DNA of 64,000 bases from Squalus acanthias (GCA_030390025.1 CM059432.1:102178001-102242000), one strand, 5' to 3'. Shown: positions 48,850 to 61,413, numbered from the stretch's first letter. Program-made: numbers and translations. The notes: generated by a model not told the origin, from the letters alone.

Positions 48850-50306
48850 GGTGTAAAGATTCTGCGTTGGGTGCAATTGGCAATTCGGGCACAAATTGTG
48901 CTCAAAATTACGCATTTTCCAAAGTGAAGTTGTGGTTCAAGTTTCTGCTCAAACATATTTGCATAATTACAAACGTAAAATCTTCCATAAACCAGCGCAA
49001 TCGGGCAGCGGTTTAGAACGTAATTGTTTATTTTTTTCCCTTGCATTGAAAAATATTCCTTGAAATATTTAAGAGTGGTAACCGGGTGAAGTTTTAGTAA
49101 TACAGCTAAAAATGAGTTTTCACAAAAAATAAGCATTTTTAATCAGTGTCCAGTCCTGTGAGTAACCCGATTTTAAATAATTGAAAATGACTTTACAAAA
49201 ACTATACAGAACCATTTACTAGTTTCATTGGTGTACAGTAGTCAGTTTCTTAGTAAATTAAATGTTTTCCAATATTTAAAAACTTTTAAAATGGAGCCTA
49301 TTAGGGCCCTTGCGCCTATATAAAAAAAAGCTTAATTTTAAGAGCCTCCTAGAAGGGCCGTAAATGGGCACAATTGGTGGAAACATGCCATGTTAATTAA
49401 TTCGATCTGGGGCTTGGCCAATTTTGTGGGTGGGGCTAGATTTCACACAATGGGCTGAATTTTAATGGGAAAGGCAGGTTGGGGGCTTTGGGACTGTGAG
49501 GCAGTCAGGAAACATGAGGGAATGGTGGCAGCCGGTGAAGGATCGGGGGGGGTGGGAGCAGCACGGGGGGTGGGGGGATCACTGAAGGATCAGGGGCCGG
49601 GACAGCATGAGGTGGGGGGGTCCGGAGGAGCGGGGGGGGGGGGCGCATCATGGGGGAATCGCAGCCCTCGGGGCGAGGGGGAATCATAGGCCTGCGGGGG
49701 GAATCAGAGGCTTGGGGAGGATCGTAGCACTGGAGGGGGGGGAATTGGAGACCAGAGGGAGGTGGACTGGCGGCCTCGTGGGGGGTTCGGAGGTCTCATC
49801 GGGGGGTCTCCGATCATGGGGGGTGGGTTAGGCAGGAACCCTGGATCCAGGAGGTTAGTGTAAAGACACTTACCTTCTGGATCCGGCAGACATCGCCTTG
49901 CATTAGCTGACGGGTTTCACCAGGCCTGCAAAACCCAACCAGCTAAAGTTAAATAAAAAATGGAGATTAAAGCAGAGGGTTCCAGCCTCATTATAATATT
50001 TAAATAGACAACCCTCCTCCTGGCAGCGGATTGGCTGCCCATCCCCTGTCCTGTCTCCATTAAAACCGAAAGTGGGCGGGTTGGAGGCGTGTTCAGGTCA
50101 GGGTTCAGATTTTTAACACTTTAGCTACCCACACGCCCACAACCCACCCTTCTTTTAGGTTAAAATTCCCCCCAATATTTTTTGAGCCACGCAAAAAATT
50201 ATGGAAACTCAATTTGTGCTGGACGTAACTTTCGCTCAAAATTCCTCAATATTTTATGTTGGTTTGGCCGATTTCAGGCTAATTGCGCAATCAGAAACTC
50301 TGTCCC
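48850..50306. mobile_element. MITE, inverted sister of 47308-48021, split by MITE 49452-50173
   Basis: AAAACTATACAGAACCATTTACTAGTTTCATTGGTGTACAGTAGTCAGTTTCTTAGTAAATTAA is a near reverse complement of 47608-47669; ends GAAACTCTGTCCC. Confidence 0.8.
49452..50173. mobile_element. Harbinger-type MITE (family of 38195/39399)
   Basis: Ends GGGCTGAATTTTAA / TTAAAATTCCCCCC, TSD AAT. Confidence 0.88.
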
Positions 50307-50575
50307 CCTGCTTTGAGAGGGGAGCAAAATACAGTCCTTCTACTCCCCAGAACAAAGTACTAACACTATTTATATCCCAAATGAAATGCCATCACCAAGA
50401 AGGAGAAAACAATTGACTGCCTTAAACGCCTTAGTTTTAAGAAAATATAATTGATGAAGAATTCTTACCATTGCTTTTCTTGTCTAAATATGTTATGCCA
50501 AAAAAAGCACGTAACATTTGGTATGCAAGTTTTACAATGTCCAACCTAACTAATGTATTAAATTTGCTGCAAGAT

Positions 50576-50702
50576 CAACATAGGAACAAGAGTAAATCAT
50601 TCAGCCTGCTCCGCCATTCAATTAGATCATGGCTGATCTGTACCTCAACTCGATTTACCCGCCTTAGCTCCGTATCCCTTGATACACTTACCTAACAAAA
50701 AT
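50576..50702 (-). mobile_element. CR1 3' UTR fragment
   Basis: AACATAGGAAC..AGCCTGCTCCGCCATTCAATTAGATCATGGCTGATCTG. Confidence 0.8.
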
Positions 50703-51241
50703 ACTTCCATAGTTTGTTTTCTTTTGATTGTATCAATACTCCTTACAAGCTAAAGCTGATCAATAATTATAATCATTCTTAAAAAAAAATCCTCTTAATT
50801 TGCGCCGAAGTGTCAGCCGTGGCTCAGTGGTAGCACTCTCGCCTCTGAGTCAGAAGGTCTTGGGTTCAAGTCCCACTTCATAGACTTGAGCACAAAAATC
50901 TAGGCTGACACTCCAGTGCAGTACTGAGGGAGTGCTGCACTGTCGGAGGTGTGTCTTTCGGATGAAGCTTTAAGTCTGCTTCCTTAGGCAGACGTAAAAG
51001 ATCCCATGACACAATTCAGAGAAGAGCAGGGGAGTTATCCGTAGTGTCCTGGCCAATATTTATCTTATGTTCTTATCATTAAGTCTTATGTTCTTATCAT
51101 TGAATATATTTAAGGTGGAGATAGACAGATTTTTGAATGGTAAGCGAGTTAAGGGTTATGGGGAGCAGACAGGGAAGTGGAGTTGAGGCCAAGATCAGAT
51201 CAGCCATGATCTTATTGAATGGCGGAGCAGGCTCGAGGGGC

Positions 51242-53143
51242 CATAGAATCATAGAATCATAGAAAGTTACAGCACGGAAGGAGGCCATTTCGGCCCATCA
51301 TGTCCGCGCCGGCCAACAAAGAGCTATCCAGCCTAATCCCACTTCCCAGCTCTTGGTCGGTAGCCCTGCAGGTTAGAGCATCCCAAGTTCACATCCAAGT
51401 ACTTTTCAAATGTGGTTAGGGTTCCTGCCTCTACCACCCTTTCAGGCAGTGAGTTCCAGACCCCCACAACCTTCTGGGTGAAGAGATTTCCCCTCAAATC
51501 CCCTCTAAACCTTCCCCCAATTACTTTAAATCTGTGCCCCCTGGTTTTTGACCCCTCTGCTAAGGGAAATAGATTCTTTCTATCCACTTTATCTATGCCC
51601 CTCATAATTTTATACACCTCAATAAGGTCTCCCCTCAGCCTCCTCTGTTCCAAGGAAAACAAACCCAACCTATCCAATCTTTCCTCATAGCTAAGATTCT
51701 CTACTCCCGGCAACATCCTTGTAAATCTCCTCTGTACCCTCTCTAGTGCAATCACATCTTTCCTGTAATGTGGTGACCATAACTGCACGCAGTACTCTAG
51801 CTGAGGCCTAACTAGTGTTTTATACAGTTGAAGCATAACCCCCCTGCTCTTGTATTTTATGCCACGGCTAATAAAGGCAAGCATTCCGTATGCCTTCTTA
51901 ACCACCTTATCTACTTGGCCTGCTACCTTCAGGGATCTGTGGACATGCACTCCAAGGTCCCTTTGTTCCTCTACACTACTCAGTGTCTTACCATTTAATG
52001 TGTATTCCCTTTCCTTGTTAGCCCTCCCCAAATGCATTACCTCACACTTCTCCGGATTGAATTCCATTTGCCACTGTTCTGCCCACCTGACCAAATTATT
52101 GATATCTTCCTGCAGTCTACAGCTTCCTTCTTCAGTATCAACCACACAGCTGATTTTAGTATCATCTGCAAACTTCTTAATCATACCCCGTATATTCAAG
52201 TCAAGATCGTTGATATATACCACAAAAAGCAAGGGACCTAGTACTGAGCCCTGCAGAACCCCACTGGAAACAGTCTTCCAGTCACAAAAACACCCATCAA
52301 CCATTACCCTCTGCTTCCTGTCTCCGAGCCAGTTTTGAATCCAACTTGACACTTTGCCCTGGATCCCATGGGCTTTTAACTTCGTGACCAGTCTGCCATG
52401 TGGAACCTTATCAAAAGCCTTGCTAAATTCCATATACACTTCACCAAACGCACTACCCTCATCTACCCTCCTTGTTACCTCCTCAAAAAATTCAATCAAG
52501 TTTGTCAGACACGACCTTCCCTTAACAAATCCGTGCTGACTATCCTTGATTAATCCGTGTCTTTCTAAATGAAGATTTATCCTGTCCTTCAGAATTCTTT
52601 CCAATAATTTTTCCACCACCGAGGTTAGGCTGACTGGCCTGTAATTACTTGGTCTATCCTTTTCTCCCTTTTTAAACAAGTGTACCACATTAGCAGTCAT
52701 CCAGTCCTCCGGCACCATACCTGAAGCCAGAGAGGATTGAAAAATGATGGTCAGGGCCTCTGCTATTTCCTCTTTTGCTTCGCTTAACAGCCTGGGATAC
52801 ATTTCATCCGGGCCTGGTAATTTATCCACTTTTAAAACTGCTAAACCCCTTAATACTTCCTCTCTCACTATGTTTATTTCATCTATTATTTCACACTCCT
52901 CCTCCCTGATACCAATGTCTGCTTCGCCCCTCTCCTTTGTGAAAACAGACGCAAAGTATTCATTAAGAACCCTACCGACGTCTCCCGCCTCCACACACAG
53001 ATTACCCTCATGATCTCTAATAGGCTCTACCCTTTCTTTAGTTATCCTCTTACTCTTAATATATTTATAAAACATCTTTGGGTTTTCCTTGATTTTACTT
53101 GCCAAGAATTTTTCATACTCTCTTTGCTTTCCGAATTTCATAT
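51242..53143 (-). mobile_element. Young 5'-truncated CR1 LINE
   Basis: (CATAGAAT)n tail at left; open ORF2 frame. Confidence 0.96.
51333..53141 (-). CDS. CR1 ORF2 reverse transcriptase, partial (602 aa open frame)
   Basis: NPKMFYKYI, PGPD, PEDW, NYRPVSLTS, SQHGF, QGSVLGP, KFADDTK, RGH; YMEFSKAF where sister copies have D. Confidence 0.85.
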   Translation of the reverse strand: MKFGKQREYEKFLASKIKENPKMFYKYIKSKRITKERVEPIRDHEGNLCVEAGDVGRVLNEYFASVFTKERGEADIGIREEECEIIDEINIVREEVLRGLAVLKVDKLPGPDEMYPRLLSEAKEEIAEALTIIFQSSLASGMVPEDWMTANVVHLFKKGEKDRPSNYRPVSLTSVVEKLLERILKDRINLHLERHGLIKDSQHGFVKGRSCLTNLIEFFEEVTRRVDEGSAFGEVYMEFSKAFDKVPHGRLVTKLKAHGIQGKVSSWIQNWLGDRKQRVMVDGCFCDWKTVSSGVLQGSVLGPLLFVVYINDLDLNIRGMIKKFADDTKISCVVDTEEGSCRLQEDINNLVRWAEQWQMEFNPEKCEVMHLGRANKEREYTLNGKTLSSVEEQRDLGVHVHRSLKVAGQVDKVVKKAYGMLAFISRGIKYKSRGVMLQLYKTLVRPQLEYCVQLWSPHYRKDVIALERVQRRFTRMLPGVENLSYEERLDRLGLFSLEQRRLRGDLIEVYKIMRGIDKVDRKNLFPLAEGSKTRGHRFKVIGGRFRGDLRGNLFTQKVVGVWNSLPERVVEAGTLTTFEKYLDVNLGCSNLQGYRPRAGKWD

Positions 53144-55184
53144 CAAATGACCTATACCCACTCCTACGTCTTATGTCTTACATTCTTATGTTCTTATCCC
53201 TCAGTCAACATATCTAAAGAAACAGATTATCTGGTCATTATCACATTGCTGTTTGTGGGAGCTTGCTATGCACAAATTGACTGCAGCATTTGATACATTC
53301 CAACAGTGACTCCACTTCAAAAAGTACTTTGTTGGCTGTAAAGTGCTTTGGGATGTCCTGAGGTCATGAAAGGCGCTATAGAAATGCAAGTGTTTCTTTA
53401 TTTCTCTTCAAGTCACGAAACATTCCCTAACCAAGGCAAGAGAGATGCGACCTGTTCCCAAATCGTTACCAATTCTGCTCTCTAACTGGCATGAGGGCGG
53501 TGGGTGAGAGTGGCAAGGGGACAAATTCACCAGTTGTGCCTTGCCTCTGCTCGACATCTACAATCTATTAGGCATGCCCCTACTAACTCAGTTAAAAATC
53601 AGGAACTCAATCCAGGAGCAAACACCAAACTACTTTCACAACAGCTGTATTATTCGCCTATTTGGAAAGATTTGCAGCTGACATTGTCCAAGTACAAATA
53701 AGAACAATGCAAAGCACTGCATTTAAATGGGCAGTAAACGCCACATATTCCTCTCGGCATCATCACAATTTTTAATTAATAAGACCGAGAGACAGTTAAC
53801 TTATTAGGTAAGTTGGTGATCTAAGATAACAGAGCACCTTTTCCCAGTCCATGTTAGCCTATCATTGATGTACTCATGTATTGTGAATACACTAAAAGGT
53901 AACTACAATAACAGATACACCATCACAGGATTACAGGAGAAATACAGGTTTGTATGGCAATAAAATGGCTTTCTCCTTGTAGCGCTGACAGGGAAAGAAA
54001 TCATCAATGGGTTGCACATTCAGTAAGCACTCATGCAGGTTGTTGTTTCACAGGATTTTAAAGAGAGGTATCTGAGGTTTAGGAAATGTTTTATCTACAT
54101 TATAAACCCAGTTTCACAAAGCTGCATAAAAAATGACTTTCACTATTTAAATCCTCAGCATGGATCTTTTGGGACTAAGAGCTCTCAAGGCAATACAAGA
54201 GCTATGCATTTGCACTTCGAGCAAACTACATCCTTCCCCCACTGCTAAACAGCATTTTTAAATCTATCTCAATAAGCTAGATACAGACAGTACTTTTCTC
54301 TTCACACTGGTGAACATTTTTTATTCTGCTTCACTAGAAGGAAGGATGTTAAATGGAGCATGAGCTAAGTCACCTGACTGTCCTTTGAATTTTAAAAACA
54401 GTTCAAGTTTCTCAAAGGAACATCTCACAAAAAGAATTGTGCAATTGGTTGGAAAAAATGAGTAACTTCTTTAAATTTGTGGACAAAAGTGTGCACAAAG
54501 TTCTATGTACTTGAAAATGTATTGATTAAAAAGTTTGATAGTAAAGATACTCAAGGGTACATTTTCCAAGTCCCCTATGGTGAGGTACCTCACTTGTAGA
54601 CAAGGTTTTAGAAATCTTAATTCCAGTCTTCCTGCCACACCATTTAAGTTTTCTGTCATAGTTCAGGCTTTTTCCAGAATACTTGCTGTCATATTCAACT
54701 CAAGATTACAGTTCTACAAGCAGAATGAGAGGCTTATGAACCAAAACCTCTATCTTTATTCTGCATTGTGTTTCCAGGTTTAACAATTAACTCCTAATTA
54801 CAGAATATCACTCACTGGAAATGGAAAGGATGTCCATCATGTTCTTCTGTCACCTCAGAAGGCAGCTTTGAATATAAAATAATCCTACCCGACCAATAAA
54901 GAAAGGCAAAATCTTCTTTGCCCCATTTACAGGGGAAACAATATAAACTGAAAGACACATGAAGATACTAATGTAGATAACCAAACTTACACAAAATATG
55001 AACCGTTCAGAAACGAGATCCTCCCTTGTCATTCTTTCAGTAAGTTCTCAGTAACAGTTCCAGATGGTGAACATGTGAGGAAACAGCTCTGAGAGGAGCA
55101 ATTTTAACCTTGCCTCTTGGCCAAAACCAGGCAGGCGAGCAGTTAAAATTGCATGTGGGATTTACCCACCGAGGTCCTACTCTC

Positions 55185-56025
55185 TGGTATGCGGACGATG
55201 TGACCCGTCCATCGGAGCTGATTGAGCGTGGTCAAAGCTTTGATGCTGGGGATGTTGACCTGAGCGAGAACACTGATGTTGGTGTGCCTATCCTGCCAAT
55301 GGATTTGCAGGATCTTGCGGAGGCAGCATTGGTGGTACCTCTCCCGTGCTTTGAGGTGCCTGCTGTACATGGTCCATGGCTCTGAGGCATACAGGTGGGC
55401 GGGTATCACTGCTGCTCTCTAGACCATGAGCTTAGTGCCGGGTTTGAGGTCCTGGTCTTCAAACACTCTCTTCCTCAGGTGACCGAAGGCTGCACTGGCA
55501 CACTGAAGGCGGTGTTGAACTTCGTCATCGACGTCTGCCCTTGTTGACAGTAGGCTCCCGAGGTATGGAAAGTGGTCCACGTTGTCCAAGGCCTTGTCAT
55601 GGATTTTGATAATCGGGGGGCAGTACTGTGTGGCAGGGGCAGGTTGGTAGAGGACCTTTGTCTTATGGATGTTTAGTGTAAGGCCCATGCTCTCGTACGC
55701 TTCGGTGAAGGTGTTAATGATGGTTTGGAGTTCGACCTCCGAGTGTGCGCAGACGCAAGCGTCGTCTGCATACTGTAATTCGACGACAGAGGAAGGGACG
55801 ACCTTGGATCTGGACTGGAGGTGACGGAGGTTGAACAGTTTCCCGTTTGTTCTGTAAATTAGCTCCACTTCAGCGGGGAGCTTACTGAGGGTGAGATGGA
55901 GCATTGCCGCAAGGAAGATCGAGAAGAGCGTTGGTGCGATGACACAGCCTTGCTTGACCCCAGTCCGTACATGAATCGGGTCTGTGGTGGAACCGTTGGT
56001 CAGGATCACGGCTTGCATGTCATCA
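55185..56025 (-). mobile_element. RTE-clade LINE RT fragment
   Basis: GVKQGCVIAPTLFSIF, YRTNGKLFNL, LQYADD, GLTLNIHKTKV, FPYLGS, YASEPW, LRWTGHIVR. Confidence 0.88.
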
Positions 56026-56182
56026 AAAAGCCTGCTTCAGGATTGGATAGTGTTGTTGTTTTTCATACATTCCTTGTAAATAAATTCAGTTATTAGTTTG
56101 TCCCACCTTTCAGAGTGGACATGGAAGCACATGAGCAATCCATGTGGGTTCCTGGCACGTAACAGTGTGGCAAAAAGTCAAT

Positions 56183-56941
56183 GACCCGGATTTTGCTGTG
56201 AGTGGCAAAGGAACGGCTTTCACCGTTCACCTCACATGCCCATAAACTTTTAGCGGGCTTGTCAGCGGAGACTTCCACTCTTCCGGGGTCAGTTTGAATT
56301 CAGCGTCCTCGGCAGGGGAATTATAGCATTTGTGAGCAGGTCAAGCAGCAGGGAAACTGTTCAACCACTCAGATTGAAGAATCCTCACTAACACACACAG
56401 ACAGCAAAGCAGGAAGTAAAAAGTAGGAAATATAAATTACACTTAAATCATTGTACAGGAATCAAAATAAAGATTGGGACATACACATGGGATTAAGGGA
56501 AATACATAAAAGAGCAAAACAGGAAAACTATTAAAATTAAATTGTTATTTTTTTTTAAATTTGGAACATTCATTTTCTTCTAAGGGAATGAGACTCCACA
56601 CTTGTCAAATTAATTTTTCAGGGCCACATAGGTTGTTCAGAAGTAATTATCACTTACTACGCCGTTCAAAACTCAGTTACTCCTGATTGAACAAGCCCTC
56701 ACCTTTTTCAGCCATTTTAAAAGCGAGAATAATGGGTAATTAGCCCAAGTTCATGCCATTACAGAGATTTCTGTGCATATTCCATCAGTGAAGGCTGCAA
56801 CAGAACAGCCTGTGGAGGAGCAGGGCATCAGTGACAGGAACCTCCTTTTTTCGCATTTACCTGCGCATGTGCAGACGGCAGAAGTTGCTGTCAGTTTTAC
56901 TCAGTAATAATCGATGCTATTAGTACAGCAAAATCTGGGCC
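56183..56941. mobile_element. Harbinger-type MITE
   Basis: TIRs GACCCGGATTTTGCTGT / ACAGCAAAATCTGGGCC, TSD AAT; same terminus at ~22700-22716. Confidence 0.8.
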
Positions 56942-57149
56942 AATTGATCCTGCTGCATGCCACCCCATTCATGGTAAATAGAAGGTTACAATCTTCAGAA
57001 TAAGATGCAATATTACAGTGCAATGTCTCTGAAGGAGGTCTAATAGATCTGTTAGGCTTAAAATCCCTGTCTGTTCATAAATTGAAAAAGATGTCTTTGC
57101 TGTTGTTTTTCTGGTTTACTGAAACTTGAGTGGTCCATCTTTGGGAAGA

Positions 57150-57960
57150 AAAAAAGTCACTGGGCTAGGTGGCCACAAACCATTTGAAGCTGTTTTGAAA
57201 GATGTTCCAATTAGTGTACCCAAACAGCTCCAGAGAATGATGTTGCACCTACAAAAATATAAATTTCATGATGTGTACAAGAAAGTGAGAGATGATTCTG
57301 GTTGAGGTATTGAGCACAGCACACCAACCTTACAAAAGTCATGTTGATAGATACATTCAAACAGAAAGTCATAGAAATCAATACATTACTTGCCCTCATC
57401 TGAGGATGTAATGTTCAAGGTTCAGCAGACTACTGCAATAGAGGAGGACCTGAAATTGTAAAAATGACACTAAGCAATGTGTAGTCTGAGGCAAGAGATG
57501 AACTGCCACCACAGATTGTTGAGTGTTTCAACATTAGAAATGAATTGAGAAAACAGCAGAGTGATGTTCGAAAGGCAATTGATTTGTTATTTCACTGTGT
57601 TTGAATGATGAAGCAAAAATGTTCACTTGACACACTGAAATTCAAAGTCATCTTCAGAGAGCTGAAGAATCCCTGATGAGCGAGAACATCAAGATGTACA
57701 TGTATAGGGGTCAAGTTGCTGCATTTAAAGAAGGAACACCTCATGAACCCACCAAATACAAGATAGGCCCTGCAAGACAATAGTTCAGTCACATCTCCAG
57801 TCCATCATGGCTAGGCAGACAAAGCCTTTCCAGGAAAAAGCATACCAGGCTAGTACTGACTCTTACCTGGCTCTCCTTGATTGGTACAACATGCCAACTG
57901 AGGTATGGGACACCTCACCAGCAAAAAGCACGTTTCGCAGACAAACCAACAAGGAGCTGT
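57150..57960 (+). mobile_element. Decayed Ty3/Gypsy pol (RNase H to integrase), no LTRs seen
   Basis: HKPFEAVLKDVPISVPKQLQRMMLHLQKYKFHDVYKK (cf. DHKPL..PKRLQR..L.LQ.Y); EARDELPPQIVECFNIRNEL; DSYLALLDWYNMPTEVWDTSPA (cf. DPYLALL.WRNTP..SPA). Confidence 0.75.
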
Positions 57961-57992
57961 AGAAGAGTGTGATCTTGCAAATCAGAGACTTT

Positions 57993-58640
57993 GGGGGGAA
58001 TTTTAACCCCAGAGGATGGGTGGCTTGGGGGCATGTGGGAAGGTAAAAAATTTTAAATTCTCAAACTAGACCCCAACCCGGCCACTTCCGGTTTTAACGG
58101 AGACGGGTCGGGTGGGGGGACAGGCAACCGATCCCTCTCAGGAGGTGGGTTGGTTGCTAATTTTTTATAACGAGGCTACGTGCCTCCATTTTACCTGAAT
58201 TTTTATTTTTAGCCCATGGAGGCTGGGATTTCTGGGCCTTGGAAATCCCAGCAAGTAAAAGGAGGCGAGAAGGGCGGGATCCATGAGGTATGTAATTTAC
58301 AGCACTGAGTATGGGCCAAGAGAAGCAGGAGTGTTTCCCCAGGCTCAGCAAGCTTACCTCCATGCGATTGGGCCCCCACGATCGGCTGACCTCCCCGCAC
58401 GATGTCCGACCTCCCCCACTATGTATCTGACATCCGATCCCCGGCTGCTTTCCAGCCTGACACATAGCCCCCCCTCTCAATCTGGCTGGGTGTCAGGCGG
58501 GAAATCGGTTCAAAAAATTTAAAAGGCATCCTGCGGTTAAATTAGGCGGGACATGCTGGAAAACCTTACTTCCGGGTTTCCCATCCGAAAATCCTTCCCC
58601 CCGCCCACAGCCTTCCCAACTCCAAGTAAATATTGGGGCC
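57993..58640. mobile_element. Harbinger-type MITE (related to the 38195 family)
   Basis: Ends GGGGGGAATTTTAACCCC / TAAATATTGGGGCC; CCACTTCCGGTTTTAAC shared with 38296-38312. Confidence 0.75.
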
Positions 58641-59096
58641 ATTGTGATGGTTTGAATTGAATATGCTGGAATGGTTGAACTGTTCACACTTTGCTGCACA
58701 GGGGTAGATTACCCCTCAAGGAAGAAGATAGTCGACATTCAATATTATTACAAAGTTTCAAATCAATTACAGGAAGATCCCCAACCTGTTCCCTCTGACC
58801 TGGAAATTCTTTATCATTGACAACTGCACTGTAGAACTAAGATGGCTGCACAATAGAAACACATTTAACTAATTCTGAGGCGCAATAACAAACTTTCGAT
58901 AGAACTTGGACGTTACGAGCATAGAGCTGACTGCGTGTCAAAGGGACCAGGTCAACATTACACTCTCGCCAGTAAACTCAGCAATGATGCAGTATGAGCA
59001 TTTATAGAGTTCTTTTTCTTTATTAATGTTTTTGTTTTGCCCAGAGTGGCACTGGCCAGGGCCCTTCCTCTGCCTCCCACCCCCCCTCCCCCTCCA

Positions 59097-59385
59097 CATA
59101 AGAACATACGAATTAGGAGCAGGAGTAGCCCAAACAGCCCCTCGAGCCTGCTCCGCCATTCAATAAGATCTTCGACCTCAACCCCACTTTCCCGCCCGAT
59201 CTCCATATCCCTTGATTCCCCGTGAGTTCAAAGATCTAGCGATCTCAGCCTTGAATATACTCAACCAATCAGCATCCACAGCCCTCTGGGGTAGAGAATT
59301 CCAAAGATTCACAACCCTCTGAGTGAAGAAATTCCTCCTCATCTCAGTCTTAAATGGTCGGCCCCTTATCCTGAGACTATGCCCC
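59097..59385 (-). mobile_element. CR1 3' end
   Basis: CATAAGAACAT tail; reverse strand LRIRGRPFKTEMRRNFFTQRVVNLWNSLP. Confidence 0.9.
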
Positions 59386-59552
59386 AGAAGGAGAGCACCA
59401 CTAAGATAGAATGGTCACCGCGTACAAATAACAAATGGTTGGTAACAAATTCCAATTCCAATTTGCTCATTTTGCCCAATTGAACCATCGGTTGAGGAAG
59501 ATTATGGTCTCACAATTTCACATCAATTTGTTTACGTGTTTTAGAGACATTA

Positions 59553-60173
59553 GGAGTGACATTCAACTGCCAGCTGTCTGTTTCTCCTGAAAAACGGACA
59601 TCCTGCAGCTGAAAATCAAGAGTCACCTCAGCTGATCATTGACATTCAAGGCCCGCCTGATGCAATTTGCATGCAGGCCTGTAAATGGCCGAGCAGCCTG
59701 CCTGAAACAAGTGGGAAGCTGATTAGATATGAAAATCGGGGTCTTACTTAGGGTCCCAATTATAATTTTCAGGTACAAAAGGGCAGGTTGTGCGCCGTAC
59801 ACGCTTTACCCATTTACACCAGGCAAAACACTGCCTTAAAGTGACTACCAATGGCCACTCAGGAAAAGGCCCAGAATTTTTTTTTTGAAGAATTTTTGTG
59901 GGGCCAGAAGGCGCAGGAATGCTCCTACTTTTTCACAAAAAACTGCGGCCTGTGTTTAACCCTCCCTGGGGTCAGCTCCTAGCCCACCCCAGCTTGATGT
60001 GGCAGGTAGGTTAGCTGATTTACCATCCTTGCACAACTGGCAAGCTGCATCGGAGCAGCTGTTTGACAACAGCAGCATTAAAATGAGGCCTGAATCTGTA
60101 AATGGTTCAGGCCTTCTGTCGCTGGCTTTGGGCGAGCGGGGTAACTGCACTGGCAGAAGTTTAATTCCACTCC
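59553..60173. mobile_element. Old MITE
   Basis: Ends GGAGTGACATT / AATTCCACTCC. Confidence 0.45.
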
Positions 60174-60759
60174 CCCCATTATTTTAACAATCAGTACCTC
60201 AGAGTTCTACACACTTAATATGATTCCAGTGTAACAATGAATGTTGTCAACAAACTGCACAAAGCGGGCGTAAGGTGTCAAAACTTTAGGAGCAATCTCA
60301 CATGTTACTGCTCATTTTGCACTGCCGCTGAAGTTGAATTTTACTCCCAAAGAAATGACTGGAAAAATTAGTCAAAATGAGTTAATGTTAGACAGCAAGG
60401 GACAGATGTAAGCGAAGTGTTATTTTTCACACTCCATCTAGACACATAAAAGAAAGAACCTTGCAAGGGGAAAATGGCTTTGATCTGTTTTATCAACTAT
60501 TTTTTGACACAAACCTCATGGATAAAGATAGATATGTAAAATACTACTTTTGTCTAGCAAGGGCACTGCTGGATAAAAGTAATATTTATACATTGGCATT
60601 CATGATGTTTGAAATCATCATTCTAGCACTTCACTGGTTTATTGAAAAAAACAATGGGCTGTAATTTGCGGCCCCTACAGGTGTGTACGAGGTGCGCATG
60701 TGCCCGGTTTGCTGACAATACAAAGATAGGTGGGAAAGCAAGTTGTGAGGAGGACACTA

Positions 60760-61413
60760 GGGCTGGATTTTCATTGACCCGTGGAGGTGGGTTTGGAGGC
60801 GTGTGGGGGGTTAAAATTGCGAAAACTGGCGGGCGTCCCGCCTCCACGCAATTTTCATTAAATCATGTCTGCTGGTCCTGACTCCGTCCCGCCTCTAAGA
60901 GGCGGGATAGGCTGTTAAGGCCCTTAACAAGCACTAAATTGCCTCTATAATGCCATTTTGAAAGGCCTTTATGATTTTAACCCTTTTTCTACATGAAGCA
61001 CGCCTGTTCTGAACCACGATTGTGAAACCTGGCGGGAGCACATTTGGCTGGCTGGCTGGCTGGCTGGCTGGCATGCATATCTGGTGATGGTGGATGGGAG
61101 ATATATCTGGAAGTGATGGTGCAAAAATATCTGGGAGCAGACTTAGGGCTGCTGCTGCTCATTTTGCATCCAGGTCCTCTCACAGCAAAGGCCAGGCAGT
61201 CTTTGCAGACCTTCAATGCAGCAGCAATGATGACATCATCAGAGGCGACTTTCAGACTGAAAACACTAATTGGGTCATGGGTTCCCACATGCTGGAACTC
61301 AATTGCCAATTAGGTGAAAATCGCATCAATCTCCCACATCCAATTGCAGTCGGGTGGATAACACGAAAAGTGGATGACACGACCCCAACCTGCCCCAGTA
61401 TCAAAATCCAGCC
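60760..61413. mobile_element. Harbinger-type MITE inside CR1
   Basis: TIRs GGGCTGGATTTT / AAAATCCAGCC; reverse homologue of 45658-46423. Confidence 0.9.

Larger units (their letters stand above)
51065..53197 (+). mobile_element. Short CR1 3' end (51065-51241 plus ~53144-53197) split by the minus-strand CR1
   Basis: ..GGAGCAGGCTCGAGGGGCC | CAAATGACCTA..CTCCT..TTCTTATGTTCTTAT matches the UTR at 63085-63145. Confidence 0.8.
50810..53405 (+). mobile_element. Deu-domain SINE (SacSINE1-like) split into 50810-51064 and 53198-53405 by nested CR1s
   Basis: A/B boxes TGGCTCAGTGG and GGTTCAAGTCC; halves rejoin as GGCCAATATTTATC|CCTCA, as in the intact copy at 30987-31497. Confidence 0.88.

Noticed and set aside
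54590..55090. Minus-strand exon-like segments (NCNLELNMTASILEKA*.., YIVSPVNGAKKILPFFIGR)
   Set aside because: In-frame stops, an implausibly short intervening intron and no recognised homology
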